A stretch of 64,000 nucleotides of DNA. It comes from Raillietiella orientalis. Lineage: Eukaryota. A program made the position numbers and the translations under genes. Of the stretch, positions 25,901 through 40,565 are shown piece by piece. The number at the start of each line of letters is the position of its first letter. Positions within the stretch are counted from its first letter, which is position 1. The DNA lies in the NCBI GenBank assembly GCA_036172245.1, contig JAYWIR010000028.1:1860001-1924000 (forward strand). Reading direction: 5' to 3'. The notes under the pieces were generated by a model. That model ran no database searches. It saw only the letters and a list, made by a program, of their open reading frames with translations, and was not told the DNA's origin.

Positions 25901-27999
25901 TCTTCTTGAAATCGCTTCCTCCCTCCCAAATCGACCTCCCTTCCTATTCCCCCTCCAAGCCGGGATGACGATGCGAGCTTAGGGTGCCCGAGATGGCGGT
26001 CCGGATGTGCGCGGCTGCACAAAGAGTTCTAGGGGAAGCCTTTGTTGCCCAAGCCTCTTCCCTCCAGCATCTGAATTTTCTTTTCGTCTCCATCAGGGAG
26101 TATTTCGACAGCGCTCGTCCCGAACGTTTTTTTCCTTCCTTCTCCCGAGGTTGATCTCGCAGTCGCAGGAAGTGAGTCCCTTCGCCCCAAGTTGCGCAAG
26201 AGTCGTTGAGATGACTCAGAGGAGGAATCGTGGAGCCAAAAGAAAATGGCAGTGGGGATAGGGGGTTCCTAGAACAGCGGAAGTAGGACGGAATCCGATG
26301 ACGTGGCAAGCATGAAATGGCGCGCTCTCGTGTCAAAGATCCGATCACTAAAGCGTCAGAAGAAATCCGCCTTCTATTGGAAAATCTTGCATTATGTCCG
26401 CTTCGATGTCTTTTTCTTCTCCTTTTTCTGCTCGTTCATCCCAAGAGGCTTCGCTCTGCTTCATGCGACATGCGGTGACTTCTTTGCCTTGGCGTATTTC
26501 TGCGTGTTCTTAAACAAGGTCCGAATCATTGTGAGATGTTCCTTCCTTCAAGTGGTCCTAATTTTGATTCGTACTTTGAAATTGTTTCCTGTTCTTTCCA
26601 AATTCTTCTTCTCGTTGCCCTGCAGTCCGGAAGAACGGGCAGATGTAGTCTCGGAATGAACGCTTGTCTTCGGTAGCGGTGCGTGGAGCTTGTGCCGTCA
26701 CGTGGCTTCTGAGCTTGACGTCCTTTCTCTTTCACGGACCATCATCTCCGCGTCCCTCCGCATACGGAAAGTGCACACGAGTCGTGCGTTGCTCGCTCAG
26801 CATCATCCAACACCAGCAGGATTCTCCGCATCTCTCTGACGGCTGGCAAACCTTTCGGACTTTGCTCGTTGGTACTCTGCAAATTCCCACTCTGCAGTTC
26901 ACCTTTCCGTCGCCTATTTGAGACTGTTGCAGGCCAGAGGACGTTGCAAATAAAATCGATGGGCTCGACACGTTTCGTGTCGTTTCTGGAGGAGGGCTGA
27001 AGGCGTTCGATCTGGCCAGACGATTGCTGGCTTCGGTTGGAGTCGCACCATCGTCACGCCGCAGAATGTGGCGCAAAACGTGAGCGACCGTCAGGAGGCT
27101 CAGCTTCACCTTTCGGACAAACGGACTTGTCGCTAACGATGGGGGTTCCGGGAAAACACGTCTCCGCTCGACTATTAAGATCCTGCCCTCCGTAGAACGA
27201 ATCTTTCATTCCCGCCACACACAGCGATCTTCCCAGAAGAGCTCTGAGAACAAGTGGCACGCCTCTTCCCAGACACGGTGGTTGCCGGAGATGTTCTGCG
27301 GGTTGTGTCCAAGCCTCGGCCCGTATTGAGACCCCTCGCAGGTTTTCCTGTCGCTCTTGGAGAGACCATCCTCCTGTGCCTGTCCCATCCATGCGGCATG
27401 GCTTTGGTGATGACGCACTTTCTGAGGAAGGTGTGCTGACTCTTTCGACGATGCCAACGGTCCGTGAAGGTGGTCCCCTACTGCGTTGCAAGTGAACAGC
27501 GAAAGTATACCTTTAACCAACGATCCCTTGCGTGGAAGCTGAGCACAAGAAAACGGGTGAGGAGGCTGAAGCGAGCCCGCAGTTCGAAAGCTGACGCGTT
27601 TCGTGCCACATCTCAAGCTGGAGATGGGTTGGTCTGATGCTGGGATCCAGGACGTTTTCTGCCATGAGCCTTGGCGCACACTTACGGAACACCAAGGCAG
27701 TGAGTGAGCGGTACATGAGCTTTTTTGTGTCTGAGATCCTGACCGCGTTCTGCTAAAGATTCGAAGGGCGTCTTTTCGTAATTGTGAAGGTGGAAAAGGG
27801 AAATGGGTTCTTCTCGGTGCGCAGTACATGCATGTTGGGATGTAACACTCGTTTTCGAAGTCATGTACGGATCTTGTACAAGAATTGCGCTTCGCGTTGT
27901 GCAATGCACAAAATCCAAAAATCATGAGAGCTCTCAAAATAATTCCCAAACAAATATTTAATTACTTAACTGATAAACTCTTATAGTAGGGGCTAGAGA

Positions 28000-29500
28000 G
28001 ACAGTAGAATCGAGTGGTGCAGCTATTCTTCCATTCGGAGTGGACTTCCAGAGGTCAGCAGCAGGTTGGCTTCATCCTGGGAGCTACTCTGCTGCTTAAT
28101 CGGCGGGGCTGCAAATAGTCTGAGGTGCTAGATTGGGAAGGTCACCATTCCTATTCCGGATAGTTCCGGGTGCAATTTTGAGCCATCATCCAGGAATTTG
28201 TGAGGGTCTAGGTTTTCGTCTCTCATTCCAAACTGCTGCCTAAGGTCAGACTTCCGAATTCACATGCTCACGTGATTGCTTGCCGAATAAATTATTCAGC
28301 CAGTCACATCATGACTTTCGAGTCTTTGAGACACAGTTCAGAAAATTTCTACAAGATGCTTTTGCAGGATTCTTCTTTAACATGTTCTTTCTTGAAAGTC
28401 GAAGGTCATGCCAGGCGTTCTTTTGGTAATTTTTTGTTCTCTTTAAGAGATAGTGGCACCTCTTGTCTATCTAGCATATCCCCTCGACTGAGCCTCAGTC
28501 TCCTACTATTCACAAAAGTTCACCGTGATTTACCAGTAATCAACAGCTGGCATCATAGGCTACTGCGTTTTTCTATAAGATTTCTAGTGCCTAGTTCCGT
28601 ATTGAAGGCCATCTGAAGATGATGATTACATTCACGTGTGCATGGAAAAAAAAAAAGAATTCAAGTGTAGGTTCTTTGCTACCATTCTATGGAAATTTCT
28701 TCATCAATAGACAATCTTCCTGGACCTCAGAATGTCTCTGTTTAAGGCTATAATATACATAGAAAACACTGATCAACCTTCCAGGATCAAAGAATCAAGG
28801 ATCTGCGAAAACTGTGCTCTTTTCAGATCTGCAAAAACAGAAACCAAGCATACTCACTGTGTAACGGGAACACCATCTGTTGCAAGAAAGTGAAGACGAA
28901 GTCACAAGTTCACGGGTCAACGTGTTCGCGAACCTTCTTGGAAATCTTGGAAATTCAGATAATTTCCCTGGGAAAAAAATGCACACTTGGGAGTCCAACG
29001 GTTGTGTCGAGGTGTCTCATTTAGATCGCATAGAGCAGATCTCGTGTCCACAGCAGAGGGTAGCATGCAGCATGAAGTGTCACAGTCTGAAAGAGGGCAT
29101 AGGAGCTGTAAGCGACCCTGAAGAGGGAAGGCGAAATGAGACGTCCCAAGAGCGTTTTCCAAGGTTCGGAGAAATTTCGACCATCGCAAGCCATCAAGAC
29201 GACCATTGGAAAGGCAGTCCCTTTGTGTAGGAACTTTGCTGACAAAGTTGCTTGTCAAAAGTTCGGAAATCCGACATGCCGGAAATGCGAGGGCGCCGGC
29301 GAAGGAAAGAGGAGTATTGAAAAAAGGTGCAGATCAGTTTCTGATCATATGGAGATGAGAAAAGGATACGCAGAAAAAGTGCGGTAGCACCGAAAAAACA
29401 GGCATCGTGGAAGTAATAACACGTTGAGCGAATTCGCAGAATCTGGAGGAGCTTTGGTTCAAACATAAACCATCATGGGTGATGCTTGCAGATGGAGATT
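28000..29500 (-). mobile_element. Decayed LINE with RT and RNase H (I-group-like)
   Basis: SDFRTFDK (D..AFD), NFSEPW...LISPSLF (QG..ISP.LF), then LDDGSK....SGIG (TDGSK RNase H start) downstream. Confidence 0.45.
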
Positions 29501-29999
29501 CTTCATTGGGAAGCATCGAATGGGAATGAGTTTCTGTCCAAGCGTGATGCATGGCACACTTGGTATGCTCAGCTCACTACGTCAGATTTTAGATCGGATA
29601 TAAGAACTGGGACTGAAACTTGCACATCAGCCATCTGCTGTGATGATCGAGCTTGAGATTTCCTGTTGTCTTTTGATTTTACATTCTCTTTTATTCATCA
29701 CCACCCCTTCGTTTTCTCTTCTATTTCCCCCTCCCAGTTCTTCGATAGGAGAAGTTCATTTCGGTGGTTGCGGACTGATCTCTCTCCATGCAGCAGAGCA
29801 TGGACCCACGCTCCACGAATTTTTCCTTCTATGTATCTGAAACACCTGCACGAGGGAACACTAAAGTGAGGTCACTTAGCCAAGGGGAAGAGAGGCCCTC
29901 ATGTTCAGAGTATTCGGAGAAGCCAGCATCTGTCGTGGGGCGCGAGGAAAAAATACATCCCTTTTCTCGGTATTTCAGTCAAGCAGGAGCCCTCTATCC

Positions 30000-31000
30000 T
30001 CATCAGTCATCCCGAGAAACCCATTATGGCAGAACTGATTGCTCCCTAGAGACGTCATCCTTCTTGCAGCACCCGCTCTTGATCCTCTAAAACACGCGCA
30101 CCAGTATGCATTCCGACCGGAAAGAACACTAACGTGGATGCCTACTCGGAGAATTGTTTTACCCAGCGCCACCGGAAGGACGTGGATGCTCTTATAACCA
30201 GCTCCCGTTTGCCTGATGCATCTCCAAGCATTATCGTACGTGATTGCCACACTGGGAACATGCTTTGGGGAACGGAGTTCTTTGGATGCTGTGATGACGA
30301 AACGCTTGCCTTGCCTTGCAGTGTGATTAGGAGAAGGTGAATTAAACATGCGGCGACATGCCATCGGCATGATAATAGGCTCCGGACGATTCCTTCCCTC
30401 TTCCTTTTTGGTTTCGTAAGTTCTGAGAGCGAGTTGCGCTTGAGGGCGAGAAACAGTCGAAAGCTCGTCTTGGAAATGGGAGGTGACTTCAGCAGCGTCT
30501 CGGCGCTCGACGTTCCACACAGTCCTCCTCCGGAGGACAAGTGTGGGATGCTTAGGTCTGCCACGGGGTGACCGAGTGAATGCTCTTCAACGTTGGACTC
30601 TTCTGGATTCGGGAGCCATAACCCGGAGAAGACTTTGGATCCATACATTCCTCCGTTCACGAATGCTCCCTCTGGTTGCGTTTGGATGAGGAAACTGAAC
30701 CATGCGAATCCTCTTCTGGGAGGCAGAATTAGGGCCACTGGGGAAGGAAGCTGCATGCGTTGTTCATCCGGTCGGGCGCAGACTCGCTCTCGGCAAAAGT
30801 GTCATCCTGGAGGACGATTGAATCTCAACTCGGGGCTGTGGTTTTCGATCTCAGCTCATTCCTTAAACAGCCTCTGGTTTGCCTTCCGTCTGCGGAGGAT
30901 TTGAGAGAAAAAAACGGGTCCCATTCAGAGCTGCAAGAGGAGATTGAAAAGCAGCGCTTTCCGGCTTGGAAGGTGCTGCACGCCCGGCGCGCGAGGCTCG
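30000..31000 (-). mobile_element. Decayed L1-like RT
   Basis: ESAPDRM (KAFDRV-like), GFAWFSFL...FVNGG and TARQGKRFVI occur in RT order across frameshifts. Confidence 0.3.
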
Positions 31001-34000
31001 CTGTCCGGAAATTCGAACTTCCGCTCGCTGAAGATGTCCGGTTTCCTTGGATACTCCTCTCGCGAAACTTGCAGAAACTTGCACGCTCTAAAAGAAATCT
31101 TCCAGCCTGAGGGCAAGTGTTTTCATTTGCTTCTTCCCGCTCTTCGTCGAAAGGAATTTCAACTAACAGTCGAGCACACTTTTTTTTTCTTTTTCAAAGA
31201 GAAACAAACACCGCAAGGAAGCTCTTTGGAAATTGCGGCTGCTGAAAACGCCCTTCTCCCATCACTTCCTACAGCCGTAGGAAGTGATCGAACGGACTGC
31301 CGAGGAGGAAGAGAGTTTGAAAAAGTTTTCACTCGGACTAGCCAATCCTTGAGGGATCAGTTCGATCCCGAATTACTCATTCGTTTGGGATGAGAGGTTC
31401 GCCGTCATCCGAACGGATGCCCAAAGTCCCCCCCAGCGTGGTGCCCCGGTCGGTGCGCGTCTACGACAGCTTAACGTAATGGGAAATAAAAATGCTTGAG
31501 GTTCATTTTGTTACGATGAAGGCTCAGCTGGAATTCGTAGGTGGCGATTTCCGGCGCGTTTCCGCCGCGTACACGCGAAGGTGTGTTCTTTTGCCCACAT
31601 CTTGCTTTTTTGAAATCGAAGGCTCGAAACCCCCCAAATGCAGAAAGCCGGCTGTTTGCTGACACGCTGCCAGCGGGTGTGCCTTTCGAATTCGCCGAGC
31701 AAAAAGTTGGAACATCGCGTCAAATCCGGCAAAATTCTGAAGAAAATGGCGTCAAAGTGATTTGCTTTGGGAACTTTGCATTCTTAAAGCTGCTTTTAAA
31801 GCACTTGCTGTGCCCTCTGTTTGCCCTACCCTCAAACGCGGTGGAGCCATTTTGATCACATTCTACTTCTTTAGTTTCACAATTCTTTGACCAATGGAGA
31901 AATCCTCATCGCTTACTAAAAGTTTTGCAGCTATGAAGGTCCATGAACAACGTGTGGAATACTCAGGTGAGTGATAGTGAAATTCCACGTCACTGTCTGT
32001 CAAACTTGCAGAGCTCTTTTTATTCTTTGCCTCCATATCTGTGTACAATTGCTAGTAATCGCTAAATCACGAATGGTTTGGATGTGATCTGTGGATGGCG
32101 GTTAATTACAGGTGAAGGCATAAATTGCGTTTGCTCGAGAGTGTCATTTTGGTGCCGATGACAAATCATTTATGAATTGTGGAGTTTCGAGGGTTCCTCT
32201 GAGGGTTCTTGAAGCAGGTTGTCGCAAAGTCCACCGGGCACACGACAGAAAGAGAAACAGACGCAGTGACTCTTTGTTCCCTAATTTCGTAGCTTCTCTG
32301 TGTGTGTGTGTTTTCGGTGAGACTCGTTCAGGAAAGCCTTCTCCATCCAGAAGTTGCATCTAGGAAGTGCTAGGCATGGAACTTTACTGGAGCGTAGATT
32401 TCATCGAATCTCTGCTTTCTTCCCATCTTGCAGCGGCCATCGAAAATCACTCACCGAGTTAAGTGCAAAGCCACGATTTAAAGATGAGGAGCAACAGTGT
32501 CTGGATTTGATCTGGAGGGATCAAATCTGAGAAGCATTCCGAATGTAAAAGTTCGTGCACAACTTATTTAAAAGGTCATGAAAAAAGCTGGCTATGAAAA
32601 TTACTGGCTCCTATAATTACTAATCGAAGCAACCGATGGTCTGAGGCATCAAGAGTAACTGTTGCATTGCTAACTTGGAGAGGACGAACTTCTTGCTTTA
32701 TCTGCTGTAAGAACAAAAAAAAAAAAAAAACAACGTTGCGATGAAACGAAATGTTGCCCATAATGCTTAAAGACATTAAATGTAAATGAGGGAATACAGA
32801 ACGACAGTCAAAAATGAGTTTTGATTGTGTGTGCAAACAGTCAGAATCGGCTCAGGATTGGATCGAGTTCCTTCCGCATGAGCCACCGTAGGCTGCACAG
32901 TGGCAAATGAATTCCTCACCATGGAAACGTCCTTGATTCTTGCATCTTTGAGTTCTGGCAGGAATCTAACCCAGGTGTATTCAGAATCGGCCCTCCTTCG
33001 TCGCTCTCAGGTTGTTGCATCTCCTTCCCCAATTTTATGGATTACCCGACGGCTTGCAAGAATGTGGACCAATGGAACCCAAGGAGGTTTACGGGACTTC
33101 CTGAAGAGTGGCTTCTTCTGAAAGGAAATAGCTGATGCCATTTGGCTTAGAGCACGCGTGGTTAGCATTCGTTGATATCAAGTGGATGGTCGCTAATCTC
33201 CTCGCATTCGGAATTTTGAATGGACGCGTATCTCGGTACATGTGTTAGGTTTTGATGCAGGATGTGTTTCCGTCTAGCAATTCTACTTAATTTGGGATCG
33301 TTTCATTAGGGCATCTTGATTTCCGATCAGTGTTTTCGTCGTAATGAGCTGGTTTGATGCCTACGTGAAGATGTTTGACACTTTTTTCGCATCAAGGCCC
33401 ACGGATGGATTCAAAGAATCGTGACACCCATTCCACTTTGTTTACAATTTGCATTACATTAACACTAGCAAGTTTGATATTTCAAATCGGTATGGAAAAC
33501 ACGCGCGCGCGCGCGCAAGATTTTTCAGGAAATTAATGATGAGGTTTCATTACTCCGTTGACTTTCAACGCATTGTGTGCCTTTTGCTGATGACTGTGGG
33601 GTGGCAACCCAGCTATAATCATTAGTTTCTGTTAAACCGAACTTGTGTGACCCAGTGTGACCTTGCAGCACACTTGACCGGCTCAAACCTTCGATGAGGC
33701 ACTGATAACTTTTAGAGGTTGAGCTGATGTCGTTACTCAGATACTACAGGTTGAACTTGTTTCCTACAGGTGGAACCCCACCGCTTTCCAGATCTATGGA
33801 GACAGAAACCATTTAAGTTTGCGAATGCAGTCATGAAGGAATCCTGATCGGTTGCGCACGAAAGCAGGAAAAATTGAAAACGAAAACGTAGCGAATTCCG
33901 GAAACAGCACCCGAAACTTGCTTCAGGGCATATTCGTGTTTTGGGTCAGGACCCACGTACATACAGACCATATGCGTGCACATGCTCTGTAGACAGGAAC

Positions 34001-34422
34001 GCTTCGTTCGGCGTCCATTCCATGCTACGATGCTTTTCTAGATGGGCAAATTTTTGAGACCAGCAGAATGTTAGCGCATCAAAGATGCCGCGCTTCATTT
34101 GTGAGTGTAATCCCGGAATATGTACATCTTTGCATCCTTACACTCAGTACGTCTCTGGCTTTCGATCGATGTTTTTATCTAAAAGGAGGTCGCTTGAAGC
34201 AGTCGACATTTGCATGTCTCCAGCATTTGGATATGCTGTGAAACAAATTGTTTGTGACCTAACAGAGCCCCGAGCCATGGAGACGGGTGTCTCGATGGGT
34301 TGCTGTTCCTGTTGCTTTTATCAAATAATGAACTTGCTTCAATTACACGGGAGAGTGCTGTCATTAGATTTTTTGTGGTCCAGCTCTAAATGGTTTCTGC
34401 TCTCACTCTCCAGTTGTTCAAA

Positions 34423-34880
34423 GGAGCGGACCCCCCCTGTTGCGGGGTCCCTCCGAGTCGTCGCCTCTTCACAGAGTGTGCACAAGGAAGCAAGCGAGAG
34501 CGATTCCCCTGCGGGAAGCTGCAGCGCCCCTTCTGAGTTTCGGAAGCGTCCCTTCGGTGTTCTCTTCAGAGGAGTGAACAGGAGCGGTTCCCTTGCGGGT
34601 TCCCTCCGGAGAAGATGGAATGGAGAGGACCACCCCCATTAGGGAGGTGTTCCTCCGGAGAGAATGAGGAAAGAGATTCCCTTCGGGATTCCCCTTCGGA
34701 GACAACCAGGGTGGGAGGCGCGATCCCCCCCGTCCGGGGGGGATCCCTCCCCAAGCGTGAGAGAAACGGACTCCGAACCCTTTCTGGATTCATAGGACGG
34801 ACCCCCATCCCAGGGTGCCCCCTATCCTGAAGAATTACACGTCTCCCTGCGGGGTTGTCGCAGGGGAGAGACGTGGAAAC
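34423..34880. repeat. Unclassified GC-rich dispersed repeat, copy 2, with several hairpins
   Basis: Shared core with the 19.9 kb and 63.6 kb copies. Inverted repeats at 34423-34454, 34713-34751 and 34838-34875. Confidence 0.75.
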
Positions 34881-35173
34881 AAAACGGTGTGTTTAAAAGA
34901 GCCACGTGCGCCGCGAAGCACGCGATCGGCTCTGAGGTACTTAGCGACCCCCCCCCCCCTCCCAAAAAAAAAAGAAAACTCTTAAAAAAAAAAAAAAACA
35001 AACAAACCTGGAAGCTCTTTTTTCAATTTCCTCGTTTCGAAAAATCCTAAGAACTCTGTGAGGAATTTTCAATTCAGTGAAATGATTTCCCAGTTTGGAT
35101 TCTTGCGTGTCTGAATTATTGATATTACATCTTTTAGAAACTCACATAAAATTAAAAATGTTTATGCATGCAC

Positions 35174-35210
35174 ATATATATATATATATGTATATATATA
35201 TGTATATATG
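35174..35210. repeat. Interrupted (TA)n microsatellite
   Basis: Seen directly. Confidence 0.95.
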
Positions 35211-35218
35211 TTTTTTGA

Positions 35219-37683
<2,465 letters not shown>

Positions 37684-38369
37684 CGGCCGGTGCCTTACCG
37701 AGGACCAAAGTGAAGGTAATGACATCCCACTTGCTCAACGATCATTCGCTCATTTTGTTTCAGACTTTCTTAATAAACATGGATTGACAGTGACGACAGA
37801 AGTTTTTTGCTTTTTTTTTTTTTTTTTTTCTTGATCAGTCCCTTAAACGGAAGGCAACTTGACCGAGGTCAAACTATAGAATCGCATAAAAGAAACCACA
37901 CAATGGGACAGACAACAACGGAAGTGTGGTCGCTGATTCCCAAAATGATGGACGCTTTTTTTTTTTTTTTTTCCCCCCCCCCCTTCATCACACCCCCAGT
38001 ACTTCCAGCAAGGGAAACATCCTTCTTGTTCTCTTGAAAGCTCTGTGGTTACATACACGCAGTGCATGCCCACCGTTCCGGTGATACACACACACCGCAC
38101 ACATCATGGCAGCGAAAACATCTGGAGGAAATTGTATAGCTGGATTGGGAAATTAGCAATGCGGTTTTCTCTTCTTCTTCTTCCAAAAGTACAAAACACC
38201 AACGAAAGTCTCAACCGGGCATAACACCAGGTGAACGCCCAGCGCACGGTCCCTAACGTACACCTTGTCTGTGACATTGAGGTCTTAACACAAAAGCAAC
38301 GTACGAAAGATAAATACTTCGTTTTTTAATATCACAGAAAAGCTGGGTCATGTTGATCACATCGTGCCG

Positions 38370-40565
38370 TTACGGCGATGAGGTCGTAAGCTGCCACCGA
38401 AGGGGAGATTTCGTGACCCACCGCTGCTTGGCGGATCCATCGCAGCGTTCCAGGTACGGATGGCTGCGGTCACGCGTGCCGTACGAGGACAGGCACGTAT
38501 TGGTACGCAAGTGACGGATGGTTTCCGTGGAGTTGTCGTAACTCCACTCCTGGCTGCTGCCACGCCGGTTGTTGCACTGCATCAACTTGACGGGCATCGA
38601 CGCGGTCCCATCGAGGCAGTTGTCGTCAGATATGATCTGCTGGTTCTGGGTGAACAGGAACACCTAAACGCACAGGCACGAGGGAGGGGGGAACACGTGA
38701 AGTGCAGGGGGGCAGTTCTTTTTTCTTTCCTTCCTTTGCTACCTGGTTGCCTCCGTTCCCGTGGCATCCCACGATTCCCAGCTTCTCACCGTGCTTCCTG
38801 GCCATCGTGTCCAAACACATGCCCGTCTCTGGATTCCGCACCTGCAAGGAGAAGGGATGGGAAAAGGAAGCCCCGCCGATGGGGCGCGCCGCGGGGCGGG
38901 TCGAACGCTCGCTCACCTCTCCCAAGTAGTCGTAGTTCAGGGGGAAGTGGGTTTCCGGATAAACGTTCTGCAGATACCAACGAAACGAACGGCAGGAGAG
39001 GCGTTCTCTGAGCTTCTTGCGTTCGACTACGTCTCCCGTGTCAATGTTGCGGACATCTGCGCGCACACGGTTGTTAAGGACCGGGATCGAGAATTCTTAC
39101 CGGGATTCATCTCTAAGTAGAAGTCCTTCCACTCATCCAGCCAGACGTGAGCCACACGGGCGCTGTTCCGGTGAATCACCTTGGCCACGCCTCCCGGAAA
39201 CTGGTAGGGGGACTTGTCCCGGAAAACGTGCCCGACGTGCGAGCAGGTGACAATCTCGAGAGTTCCGCCGCAGGTCCAAATCTGGAACGCACGCGCTCCC
39301 GTGAGCACGCAAAAAAGGTCATCGGCTTTCCCGAATCTACCCGAAAGGATATTTCCAAGTTTTCGGATCCCCAGACTTCCATCCCTTTGTCGTATTCACC
39401 GAGGAGTCGGAAATATTCGCGGTCGATGGAAAAAAGACCGCCGGCCATCGTGGGACTATGCAACGGCACGGAATGGTCGCCATTCCGCCTGTCCATTTCT
39501 CTCTTCGGTACGCGGTACCACCGGAACGTAAGCCTCCAGTTGAACCCTCCCCACATCATGTCGGATGCGGGGATGTATTCAAACGTTTCGTCGGAAATGA
39601 CGTCAATGACTGGACAAGCGACTGTGGTGCGGTCCAGAACAATGCGGGATAGCAGAGGTTCTAACCATCCTTCTGTACATTCACAATGCGCATCCAGAAA
39701 TGTGATCACCTGTCCCATAGCATGACCGGCACCTAAAAGACGTGCCCGGATCAAACCGGACCGAGTCTTCATGCGAAACAATTTCACTGACACCGGGAAT
39801 AGCTTTACATGTTCCTCCAACTCCAGGCCAAGATGCTCTGGGAAATTCAGGGAGGTGAGTGAGCAGGAATAATCTGTCTGCCTACCTCTGTCGCTGGCAT
39901 CATCTACCAGGATGATTTCATGCAGCAGTTCCCTAGGAGAGCGATTGATGATGCTCCAGACAGTGCGCAGCAGCGTGCTCCACGCTTCGTTGTGAAAGAC
40001 TATCACTATGCTGGTAGAGGGCAGTCTGTCTGGGTATTTCTTGGGTTTGCACCTGCAAACCGGAAGCAAAAGCTGGAAACTTCACTCCCCAATCAACCTA
40101 CGCTTCCGATCGATAATCAGGGAGACTGCGGTTGAGCCGCATACGATCACTAGCCATTAAGTTGAATTCATTCAGCTTGAACAACTCCTTCATCATAGCT
40201 TGGTCAGATGACTGGATCACCACCGCTTTTCCCATTTCACCAGGATAATTTTTCTTCTCCGGAACGGGAGCCGCTGGTTTCCAGCTGTGGAGACTTTCTA
40301 TGGAGTAAGGGGGAAGTTTCAACATCCCACTGTCTTTAAGGAAGCCCGCTGGTGAGGCCGTAACATTCGCAGCCCTCTTGGCTACCGGGCGGAAAGCCCC
40401 TCCAATGGAATCTTTCAAGGAATGGGCCACGTTCGAGCACGACCACTGATTGCCCTCCCAGCAATGCATGTAATACATGAGGGCGAGCAAGTCGATCAGG
40501 AACCACACCACAGAAGTCGCCAATACGATATTCCGGGCATTTGAACATAGTTTCGAACGTCCCAT
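38370..40565 (-). CDS. Polypeptide N-acetylgalactosaminyltransferase (GALNT1/13-, pgant5-like), 7 exons, ~613 aa
   Basis: Exons 40565-40102, 40052-39886, 39837-39341, 39281-39101, 39056-38917, 38841-38743 and 38663-38370. N-terminal TM ([13 protein letters not shown]), [35 protein letters not shown], and a ricin-type lectin with CLD motifs. Confidence 0.95.

Noticed and set aside
34827..34900. Hammerhead-like CUGAAGA - long stem - GAAAC arrangement
   Set aside because: There are four extra unpaired bases before stem II and no stem I pairing around a plausible cleavage triplet. Kept only as a hairpin.
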